NCBI RefSeq assembly: GCF_004010195.1
Contig: NC_057718.1
Coordinates: forward strand, 37,505,650 to 37,569,649
DNA: 64,000 nucleotides
Source: Chiloscyllium plagiosum
Taxonomy: Eukaryota
Reading direction: 5' to 3'
In this document: positions 1 through 9,674 of the stretch, in pieces
Layout: every line of letters starts with the position of its first letter
Position numbering within the stretch: the stretch's first letter is position 1
Made by a program: the position numbers and the translations under genes
The notes under the pieces: model-generated
What the model saw: the letters and a program-made list of their open reading frames with translations, nothing else
Told to the model about the DNA's origin: nothing
The model's database searches: none

Positions 1-290
1 TGCTTATCTGGAATCTATCTCATCCAGAAAAACATTCAACGACTACTTCCACCAACTTTTGAGTAAGAGAGTTCCAAAGATTCATGATCCTTTGTGAGGA
101 AAGTTTTCTCCTCATCGCTGTCTCAAATGGGCAACTTCTTATTTTTGCCAGCAATACCTAATTCTAGATACTTTCAGAAAGGGAAATCTCCATTCCATGT
201 GCACCCTGTCAAGACCTGTCAAGATCATACGTGTTTCAATTAAATTGTCTCTCACTCTTCTACATGGAATAGTGGCTGAGTCTGCCTAAC
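1..290 (-). mobile_element. CR1-group LINE fragment (RT C-terminal region), decayed
   Basis: Antisense CR1 3'-region wording (gagagttccaaagattcatgatcctttgtgaggaaag...ttctcctcatc...accctgtcaagacc), resembling other CR1 copies in the window (e.g. 24000-24200 on +). Confidence 0.6.
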
Positions 291-339
291 AATCGGAAGA
301 AATCAGAACAGCATTGAAAGAAAGGAAAGGTGCAAAGCA

Positions 340-1095
340 CTTGAATAGACTGACCCACCTGGATGAATGTGGGGCCAAGTCCTGAACAAGCTATACTTTA
401 TGATAAGGGAGAAAATCCTAAGGGCATGGAGGCAAAGCATTTTGCTATCAAAATTCAACGGAGATATTCTAGGTTGAAAACTACTGAGGAATTAAACTCC
501 TATCACACATCTTCAAGGTATGGGACAGTCATGGACCAGAGACTGTGAAAAATATTGTTAAGTCCATGAAGGTTAGCTTGGATTCATGCCCGGAAAGGTA
601 ATGTAACATGAATAATAAATGTATTCATTGATCTGAATAAGTATTATGACTTGGTGCCTTGGGATGAAGTATAGGGACGTGTTTGAAGTTAGGGACTTTC
701 TATGAATTACATTCAATTATTACAGGTCATGAAATACCAGACGACAAGCATTGTTGCAAATCGTTAGAGTTAAGATCACACCAAGAATCAATACAATCTT
801 TACACTGCATTAATAAGTATATGTTCCTCTTCCTCATCCTCATGGATGTTCTAACAGAGCAGAGCAAATGGGACAGGAAATGTAAAGGGTCAATCATTTT
901 CATAGATGACCCCAGGATTTGTGATTGGCTTGATGACAATATGTGAGAGTATCAGCTGAAAAAGGAGAAATGCAGTGTAAGACAAAGGAATGAAGATCAG
1001 TACATCAAAAACTGGACTCTCTATCTGAGACTGGTCAAGAGAATCAAAGTGAAATTCTCCAGAATGTGGGTGAAAGGTATGGAATGTTACGTGGT
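340..1095 (+). mobile_element. RTE-clade LINE reverse transcriptase remnant (5' part)
   Basis: Manual translation across frameshifts gives GIKLLSHIFKVWD (~489-527), GFMPGK (~580-597), VFIDLNKYYDLVPWDEV (~621-671), LFLILMDVLTE...IIFIDD (ORF 683-946) and KGMKISTSKT (~984-1013). These are RTE-type RT motifs in the correct order. Confidence 0.75.
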
Positions 1096-1635
1096 AGACA
1101 TGATTTGGAGGAGCTGGTGTTGGACTGGGGTGTACAAAGTTAAAAATCACACAACACCAGGTTATAGTCCAACAGATTTATTTGGAAGCATTAGCTTTCG
1201 GAGTGCTGCTCCTTCATCAGGTGTTGTGAAGTATAATTCTGTATTTGCAGAATTACATTTTATTTTGCTCAAAAACTGCATGAGTTCGTGTAAGATTCTG
1301 TAATTCCCATTTTTAGATTAGAATCAGCCTGAACATTGGGGCACAGATATCGTCACACGGGACACCTCACACCTTCATTGCATTATCTGGGCCAACATGG
1401 CACCTATTGTTAAAGTTCACTTAAGAATGTAGCTTTAAGAAAGTTTTGGAATTTACATATGAAAGAACTGAAACCAACATGCCCATTCTAAAAGATGAGA
1501 GACTTAACAAACAATCCAAGCCTTTTTCAATATATAATTTCAGTTACATCACACTGTAACATTTTGCGATAAATTCTGTGTCCTATGGTCTCATACTCCA
1601 CAACCACATGATGAAGAAGCAACGCTCTGAAAGCT
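1096..1635. mobile_element. Penelope-like family B cassette: inverted pLTR plus sense 3' segment, hammerhead at each end
   Basis: 1096-1224 is antisense to the family B terminal repeat seen at 13455-13649. 1600-1635 is a degenerate sense hammerhead (cacatgatgaagaagcaacgctctgaaagct). Confidence 0.75.
1189..1223 (-). ncRNA. Minimal type I hammerhead ribozyme, family B (core intact)
   Basis: Minus strand reads cac-CTGATGA-A-GGAG-cagca-CTCC-GAAA-GC-TA-atg. Both core boxes, stem II and the palindromic AGCT stem III are present; the first stem I pair is mismatched. Confidence 0.7.
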
Positions 1636-2430
1636 GGAAAATGGGAAGCCTTCAGAAATGAGATAACAAGAATCCAGAGAAAGGGAAGGCTGGTAGGTAT
1701 AGGGAATGCTGAATGACTAAAGAAATTGAGGGTTTGGTTAAGAAAAAGAAGGAAGCATATGTCAGGTACAGACAGGATAGATCGAGTAAATCCTTAGAAG
1801 AGTATAAAGAAAGTAGAAGTATACTTAAGAGGGAAATCAGGAGGGCAAAATGGGAACATGAGATAGCTTTGGCAAATAGAATTAAGAAGAATCCAAAGGG
1901 GTTTTACAAATATATTAAGAGCAAAAGGGTAACTAGGGAGAGAATAGGGCTAGCTCCTCGGATGCTGCCTGAACTGCTGTGCTCTTCCAGCACCACTCAT
2001 CCAGAATCTGGTTTCCAGCATCTGCAGTCATTGTTTTTACCTAGAGAATAGGGCCCCTCAAAGATCAGCAAGGTGGCCTTTGTGTGGAGCCACAGAAAAT
2101 GGGGGAGATATTAAATGAATATTTTGCATCAGTATTTACTGTGGAAAAGGATATGGAAGATATAGACTGTAGGGAATTAGATGGTGACATCTTGCAAAAT
2201 GTCCAGATTACAGAGGAGGAAGTGCTGGATGTCTTGAAACAGTTAAAGGTGGATAAATCCTCAGGACCTGATCAGGTATACCCTAGAACTCTGTGGGAAG
2301 CTAGAGAAGTGATTGCTGAGATATGGGCTGGGCGCTGGCAGGTGGGACTAGATTGGGTTGGGATATCTGGTCGGCATGGACGGGTTGGGCTGAAGGGTCT
2401 GTTTCCATGCTGTACATCTCTATGACTCTA
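1636..2430 (+). mobile_element. CR1 LINE, internally deleted (ORF2 middle joined to 3' UTR)
   Basis: ORFs 1713-2051 and 2084-2425 give CR1 ORF2 peptide (NPKGFYKYIKSKRVTRERIG, LNEYFASVFT, VDKSSGPDQVYPRTL). At ~2320 the sequence jumps directly to the 3' UTR, ending ctctatgactcta. Confidence 0.9.
1951..2042 (+). mobile_element. Penelope-like family A terminal fragment inserted in CR1, 12-bp TSD
   Basis: agagaatagggc is duplicated at 1939-1950 and 2043-2054. The insert matches the family A terminus (ggatgctgcctgaactgctgtgc...gcagtcattgtttttacc). Confidence 0.9.
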
Positions 2431-2650
2431 AGAACCTGACTAGACACCTTTGAGATGTGGAGGCTGAGATAGATGTGTAGAATGACAAGTAAAAATCAGG
2501 GACTAAAGCACCAGGAATTCAACGCAGATTGTGGAAGCATCAAAGAAATTATCTGAGAAGAAATTATCCATTGTGGAGAGAGAGGAAAATTGTAGTGAGG
2601 AGAATGATGGACATAGCACTGCCAAGGTAGAGGAGAACAGGAAGAGACCT
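2431..2650 (+). mobile_element. RTE-clade LINE C-terminal remnant (continuation of 340-1095)
   Basis: Translates to FEMWRLR*MCRMT, VEASKKLSEKKL and VRRMMDIALPR*RRTGR, resembling the RTE ORF C-terminus (EMRMLRWMCGVT...GRR.RGRP). Confidence 0.6.
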
Positions 2651-4844
2651 CACAACTATGCACTAACCATTGAGGAAACTTTATCCAAATTTGTCATGGA
2701 ACTGATGTTTACTCACCTAAACACAAAGGGTGGATAGTGGGGGGTAAGTGAAGCTGGATCCATTGACAATGTTCTGGATACTTTGGTAGCACATGCAATT
2801 TTTCATTTCGCCAACTCTGGAAGAGTAAGAACTCAGACAGCATGACATAGTCAGTCATGTAGCATTGCAGATGTCCAGGGATGTAGAGAAACATTGGAAA
2901 AGATCATCACTGACCATGACCAGACTCCAGTCAGACTGCCAGACAGGGTGTGCCAGATGAATCTGAGGCTAACGAGAAAAAAATTCAGCCAAAGGTCCCT
3001 GAAGCCAGTTCAAGAGTTTGCTCTGATCCTTGACCAAAACCAACAATGTGTCTGTTGATTGGCACTAGTTCTGCCACACCACTTTGAGATCAGAATAATA
3101 GTTAACAAAGAGAAAGATCTTGGACTACCTGTGCAATTTGTTGTATACTTATCTGTATTTTTTGGAAGTCATGAGCTTCATTCTGATTTTGTCAGTGCCC
3201 TCTGCAGCATCAATTGTGCCGTTGAAACATGCTCCTATTAACTGTCTTTCTTTCCAGCAGAAAAGCTCCAACAGCAAAACACAAATAATTTGGGGATTAA
3301 ATTGGAACAAGTATCAATTGTGATTGCAGATGTATTTCAGCTCTGGATGAAGTGTCTTCAACAAGTAATTTCTCATCCTTTAATGGCAGTCATATTAGGG
3401 AAAGCAATCTTGTCTTGTAAAGCTGACATTTCAGGATCTTAGTGTTTTATAAATTATATTATTTTACATTAAGGAACAATTCAACTTCACCAAAGTATAA
3501 ATTTAAAGAGCTTTTCCTGCAAAATGGAGAGGGATTGGGTAAAATATGAAACAGCTGTTCGTATGATATTTTGGAGCTAATCAAAAACACCAGAGAAAGT
3601 GTCGCTTTGGAAATATTGTGCAAGTTTGAACTACATATGGTGCAGGATTACTGCGAAACCGACTAATTTTACTTCCCCCAAGTAGAATGATTTGCAGAAG
3701 AAAAGTGTCCACTGTGAGATAAATCATTTGCCTCCAAAAAGGTATCAGCTGTGTTTTATGGCTGAGCAATGAGTACAAAATTGACCTAAGCGACCATTTC
3801 ATAAAATGGTGAGACACTTCCTGATACAGCTCTCATTGTCAGTTTAAGAAAATGTTAATGTTACAGTAACTGTGTGAATTACCTCATCACTCTGTGCTGT
3901 GGCAAGCATATTCATTCTGAACTCAACCTGCTAAACATTAGTTTGGAAAACAGTGATATAAGCCAAATTGTAATTAAGCGTGATGTTTTATGGAACATTT
4001 TTAATAATTTTTCATTCATCTGGTATTGGTAACATGCCCAGAACTTGAATATTTTAAGATGACACTGCCCCATTAACACATATGGCTTCATAATATTAAA
4101 CAGTGTTTTCACTGTTATGGCTCCTGTTCTCAGATATTAGCATTTGACTCTTATTTTTCGAACCAACCATACTGACATTTCATTTTATTTTGTCCAGTGT
4201 AAAATGTAAGCAATATTTTAAACACTATTTCATTCATTTTGATTGATGTTGGATTTTGAAATTGATTTGGCTTTGGTCATACACAATTTGCCAAGGAATG
4301 CAAGTGATGTTCATGTGATTATAATTGCACCGATGTCGAATGAAGTTCCTTTATATCTGGAACTACATGATGCTGAGTGCAGTAAATCTAATGGGCCAGC
4401 ACAGTGACATAGAAAACTGCTGAAGGTTTTGAGGATAGAGTTATTTCAGGCAGAACTGGGAGTTCTACAACAAATTCATTCTGTTTTGGATTCCCGACAG
4501 TATAGAATAGGCTTTTATCCTTTGAGGGCCTCTTGAATGAAATCCCCAGTATTACAGCAATTTTGAAATTAAAGCATTGCCATTTACAATGCACTGCTGT
4601 TACAATTAATCTGCTTGGACAGATGAAAGGCTTGCATACAATAGTCATGGGTGTTCGCATTCTGAGGGCAAGAATATGAGTATTTGTAAAAAGCTATATC
4701 TTATGTTTTCAAAAAACACTCATGATCTGATTATAAGATAAATTTGAACATAAAAGCATTGCATTTAACAATCTCAATAGAGATGAAAAGACATTTCTTT
4801 CAAAAATTGACATGGAATATCTGAACAATAACAGCATGGAATCA

Positions 4845-5102
4845 TTCTAGTATGGACACAGGCCATTTGGCCCTTTGGGTCCACACTGACCCTCCAAAAA
4901 GCATCACATCCAGATCCATGCCCCCCCATCACCCCATCCCATGGATAGTTCACCTAGCTTGCACATCTTTGGGCTGAGAGAGGAAACCTACACAGACAAA
5001 GGGGAATGTGCAAACTCCTCACAGATAGCCACCTGAGAGTAGAATCAAACCCAGGTTCCTGATGCTGTGAGGCAGCAATGCTAACCAACCACTGAGCCAC
5101 CC
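4845..5102 (-). mobile_element. HE1/V-SINE (tRNA-derived shark SINE), diverged
   Basis: tRNA-like head with A/B boxes on the minus strand, V-domain core (gaatgtgcaaactcc) and CR1-like tail; homologous to 61976-62275. Confidence 0.85.
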
Positions 5103-5217
5103 ACAAAAAGAGGTTTTTTAAAGTCACTAATGAATTAGGAGTTGGAGGCAGGTTGGTGTGGCGAGGTGGAGGAAGCAGTGATTTTATTTCTCTTTCTGGT
5201 TGCCTATAAAACATGTG

Positions 5218-5300
5218 TGCTCGGTGAGGGTCAAACTCAGCATGGCTCACTCTGCACTATCATATAAGTACTGTGCACTAACCCATTGTACCACTGGAGC
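5218..5300 (-). pseudogene. Intron-containing tRNA-Ile(UAU) pseudogene
   Basis: Minus strand: GCTCCAGTGGTACAATGGGTTAGTGCACAGTACT-TAT-A-[tgatagtgcagagtgagcc]-ATGCTGAGTTTGACCCTCACCGAGCA, followed by TTTT at 5211-5208. It matches vertebrate tRNA-Ile-TAT, with the anticodon at 5266-5264 and a 19-nt intron at the canonical position (5262-5244). Damage is mostly at CpG sites, plus an ~8-nt deletion in the variable loop/T-stem. Confidence 0.88.
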
Positions 5301-6491
5301 AATTCATGCAAAACCACTAATCATTTTGGCAAAAGAAGACTTTGATAGTGGTAAAGGACACAGAACTGGAAATTGTGAATAGATTTACTCAGCCAGTGAG
5401 TGCAGATATAATTGTTCAGATGATGTCACTGGTACGGTAAAACTCTATGACGTACAATTATATACACATTATCTTGTTCCTGAGTTAGAGAAAATTTCAG
5501 CTAATTGTCTGTTCAGAAGCATTTCATTTGGTGATATATGAAATGTAAATGCAATGATATATAAAAATATCACATGTTTTGTATTCACAGGGAAATCGCA
5601 CGGTTGGACCTTTGCCTAAGTTCAGAGCTGGAGCTTAAAACATGTCCAGGATTGGGGTGACAGGCAGGCAGAGTGCATCCTGTTCAGGTACACAAGTGAA
5701 TAAAAAAAAAACCCTCACCAATCCTCCTCAAAAAGTGGTCCTTACCACCTCAGTGCCTGATTCCCTGCTCCCAGTCCCAGCAAAAACCAATCCACTGAGC
5801 TCGCAACCTAATCTCCATGCAACAACTTGCAGGGGATTGTGTGGTGCCCCAATATGGGCAATTGCTCCCAGTAATGCTGTTGGGATTAGAGAGGATAACA
5901 GCTAGGGGTGAAAGCAACAATCTGAGCATATTTACAGAGTGAGGCCCTAAAAGTGGGTCTTTTTTTTTATTCACTTGTGGAATGTGGGTATCACTGGCTG
6001 GCCAGTATTGATTGTCTGTCCCTAGTTGCCCTTGAGAAGTTGGTGGGGAGCTGCATTCTTGAGCCACTGCAGTCCACATGCTGTAGGTTGACCCACAATG
6101 CCATTAGGGAGGAAATTCCAAGATTTTAACCAATGACAGTGAAGGAACGGTGACATACTTCCAAGTCAGGATGGTGAGTGGCTTGGAGGGAAACTTGCAG
6201 GTGGTGGTGTTCCCATGTATCTGCTGCCCTTGTCCTTCTAGATGGAAGTGGTTGAGAGTTTGGACAGTGCTATCTAAAGATCATTGGTGAATTTCCGGTG
6301 TACATTCTGGAGGTAATACACATGGCTGCTTCTGAGCATCAGTTGTGGAGGGAATGGATGCTTGTGGATGTGCTACCAATCAAGCGGGCTGCTTCAACCT
6401 GAATGGTGTCAAGTTTCTTGAATATTGTTGGAGCTGCACCCATGCAGGAAAGTGGGGAGTATTCCATCACACTCCTGACTTGTGCGTTGTA

Positions 6492-6932
6492 GATGATGGA
6501 CAGGCTTTGAGGAGTCAGGAAGCGAGTTATTCGCTGCAGTATTCCTAGCCTCTGACCTGCAGTTGTAGCCACTGTATTTATGTAGTGACCTGGTCAATGG
6601 AAACATTGTGGGGGATTCAGTGATGGTAACACCATTAAATATCAAGGGAAGGTGGTTAGATTGTCTCTTATTGGTGATGGTCATTGCCTGACATTTGTGT
6701 ACCATGAATACGATGATGGACAGGCTTTGAGGAGTCAGGAAGCGAGTTATTCACTGCAGTATTCCTAGCCTCTGACCTGCAGTTGTAGCCACTGTATTTA
6801 TGTGGTGATTCTGGTCAATGGAAACATTGTGGGGGATTCAGTGATGGTAACACCATTAAATATCAACGGAAGGTGGTTAGATTGTCTCTTATTGGTGATG
6901 GTCATTGCCTGACATTTGTGTACCATGAATAC
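6492..6932. repeat. Tandem duplication of ~220 bp inside the LINE
   Basis: gatgatggacaggctttgagg...gtgtaccatgaatac occurs at 6492-6711 and again at 6712-6932 with only a few differences. Confidence 0.95.
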
Positions 6933-7732
6933 TACTTGCCACCTGCCAGCCCAAATCTGAATGATGTCCAGATCTTGTTGCAGTTGGACATGGACTACAT
7001 CAGTGTCTGAGGAGATACGAATGTGTTGAACATTGTGCAATCATCAGCAAACATCCCCATTTCTGACCTTATAGTGGAGGGAAGGTTATTGTTAAAGCAA
7101 CTGAAGATGGTTGGGCCTAGGATGCTAGCCCATGGTACTCCTGCAGAGATACCCTGGAACTAAAATAACTGATCTCCAACAACCACAACCATCTTTCTAT
7201 CTGCCAGGTATGACTCCAACAGCAGAGAGTTTGCCCTAATACCAGTTGATTCCAGTCATGCTAGGGCTCCTTGAAACCACACTCGGTAAAACGTGGCCTT
7301 GATTTCAAGGACTAACACTGTTACCTCACCTCTGAAAATGAACTCTTTTGTCCATGTTCAAACTAAGGCTGTTATAAGATCAGGAGCTGAGTGGCCCGGG
7401 CGGAACCCAAACTGGGCGTCACTGAGCAGGTTATTGCTGAGCAGGTGCTGCTTGATAGCACCATTGATGATACCTTCCATCACTTTACTGCTAATGGAGC
7501 GGTAATTGGCCCACTTGAATTTGTCCTGCTTCTTGTGTACAGGACATACCTGGGCAATTTTCTAGATAAACGGGTAGGTTGTGGTAAGGTAACAGTGGAA
7601 TTGGGCTTCTGAGCCTGGGTCTCATCCAGTCTGTCCACTTTTCTTTTCCTTTTCTCTCTCCTCAGTTTTTTTCTCTTCTATTTTATTTTCCATACCTCTT
7701 GGTGAAGAGCTTTGTTGTGGCAGCAGCGTTGG

Positions 7733-8280
7733 TGACAGCAGGTAGGCCCAGCAGTGGGTAGGCCCAGCAGCGGGTAGGCCCAGCAGTGGGTAGGCCCAGC
7801 AGTGGGTAGGCCCAACAGTGGGGAGGCCCAACAGCAGATAGGCCCAGCAGTGGGTGGGCCCAGCAGCAGGTAGGCCCAGCAGTGGGTAGGCCCGGCAGCA
7901 GGTAGATGGAAGTGGGTACTGCAGTTGCTGCATGCTGCCTGACCTGCTGTGCTTTTCCAGCACCACTCTAATCTTGACTCTAAGGAGCAGGGAAATCGAT
8001 GTTTCAGGCAAAAGCCCTTCATCAGGAATGATTGATTCCTGATGAAGGGCTTTTGCCCAAAACATCAATTTTCCTGCTCCTTGGATGCTGCCTGGCCAGC
8101 AGCAGGTAGGCCCAGCAGTGGGTAAGCCCAGCAGTGGGTAAGCCCACCAGTGGTAGGCTCAGCAGTAGGTAGGCATAGCAGCCGATAGGCCCAACAGTGG
8201 GTAGGTCCAGCAGCAGGTAGGCCCAACAGCGGGTAGGCGCAACAGCGGGTAAGCCCAGCAGTGGGTAGGCCCAGCAGCGC
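7733..8280. repeat. 16-bp minisatellite (CAGCAGTGGGTAGGCC)n split by a Penelope cassette
   Basis: Roughly ten units at 7733-7905 and about eleven at 8095-8280. Confidence 0.95.
7932..8095. mobile_element. Penelope-like family A fragment plus head-to-head hammerhead palindrome
   Basis: Sense terminal piece at 7932-7980, then inverted arms ~7983-8029 and ~8036-8082 centred on gattg. Each arm has a CTGATGAAGGGCTTTTGCC motif; the plus-strand copy has GAAA>AAAA. Confidence 0.85.
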
Positions 8281-9545
8281 GGATTTGTGGGTGGCTGTCT
8301 TGGAGGTGGGTTGGGGTTCCTGGCAGCGTCTGCTGCCAACAGCGGCAGAGGCTAGATTCAGTCCAATATGAGACCCGGCTGCATCAATGAGGTGGGCCCA
8401 AAGCGGACTCGTGGCAGCAGCAGTGTTGAGTTTGGGTCTGTGTGGTACCTCGCAGTCTCAGTGGTGTCTGCACTGGTGAGGACTTATAGTGGTGAGGTTG
8501 TCGGTGGAGGTGAGATGGCGCTGAAGAATGGAGACTTTTGTTCTAGCAGCGGACCGGTGAAAGGGACTCGTGCCTGGCCACAAGGCCATGGTCCATGATG
8601 GAGCACTTAACAAGAAGGACTGTAAAGTTGGACACTTCCTTTACTTCTTCATTTTTCTGCCTTAATATTCTATGTTTTATTTTTATGTATTTTAAGATGG
8701 CACTGGAGAGACACTCTACAACACTTTCCACGGTATTTTGTAATAAGATACTCAAGGCAATAAATAAATCAAGTAAAATGCCTGTGCTGGATCTGTGCTG
8801 GATGAACTTGGCCAAGGGAGCAGCAAATTCTGGTGCATAATTCTTCACAAGCCAGGGCCCATAGCCTTTGCAGTATCCAGTGCCTCCAACTGTTTCATGA
8901 TATCACATGGAGTGAATCAAATTGGCTGGTATCTGTGAAGCTGGAGACCACTGGAGGAGGCTGAGCTCGCACTTTTGGCTGAAGATTACTGCATTGATGT
9001 GCTGGGCTCTTCCATCATTGACAATGGGGATAATTGTGGAACCTCCTCCTCGAGTGAGTTTTGTTTAATTGTCCACAACCATTCATGACTGGATGTGGCA
9101 GGACTACAGAGCTTAGATCTGATACATTGGTTCTGGGATTGCTTAGCTCTATCACTTGCTGTTTATGCTGTTTGGCACGCAAGTAGTCCTGTTTGGTGGT
9201 TTCACCAGGTTGCCACCTCATTTTTAAGAATACCTACAAGTGCTGCTCCTGGTATGCCCTTCTGCATTCTCTACTAACCAGGGTTGAACCCCTGGCTTGA
9301 TGGTAATGGTTGAGTTGGAGAATATGCCTGGCTATGAGGTTACAGATTGTGCTGGAGTACAGTTCTATTGCTGTTAATGGCCCGCAGCACCTCATGGATG
9401 CCCAGTCTTGAGTTGTTGGATCTGTTCGAAGTCTGTCCCATTTAGCATGGTGGTAGTGACAAAGAACATGATGGAGTGTGTTCTCAATGTGAAGGTGGGA
9501 CTTTAACTCCACAAGAATTGCGCAACGATCACTCTTATAGATACT

Positions 9546-9674
9546 AATCAAGAGTGTGATGTTGGAAAAGCACAGCAGGTCAGGCAGCATCCGAGGAGCA
9601 GGAGAATCGACGTTTCGGGCAAGAACACTTCATCAGGAAGCCTGATGCCCAGCATCTGCAGTCCTCACATCCTC
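9546..9674. mobile_element. Penelope-like family A inverted cassette, imperfect 16-bp TSD
   Basis: cactcttatagatact (9530-9545) versus cactcttatcaatatt (9675-9690). The antisense arm runs through a damaged hammerhead and is followed by the sense tail. Confidence 0.8.

Larger units (their letters stand above)
7578..8772 (+). mobile_element. Unclassified non-autonomous retroposon-like insert (AAGATGGC...ACACTTT.CAC.GTA...CAATAAA tail)
   Basis: Interrupts the LINE, which resumes at ~8773. It has the same modular layout and 3' motifs as 19180-20078. Confidence 0.5.

Noticed and set aside
7622..8339. Longer ORFs with repeated GPTHCWAYLLLG peptides
   Set aside because: They are translations of the 16-bp minisatellite and the Penelope terminal repeat.
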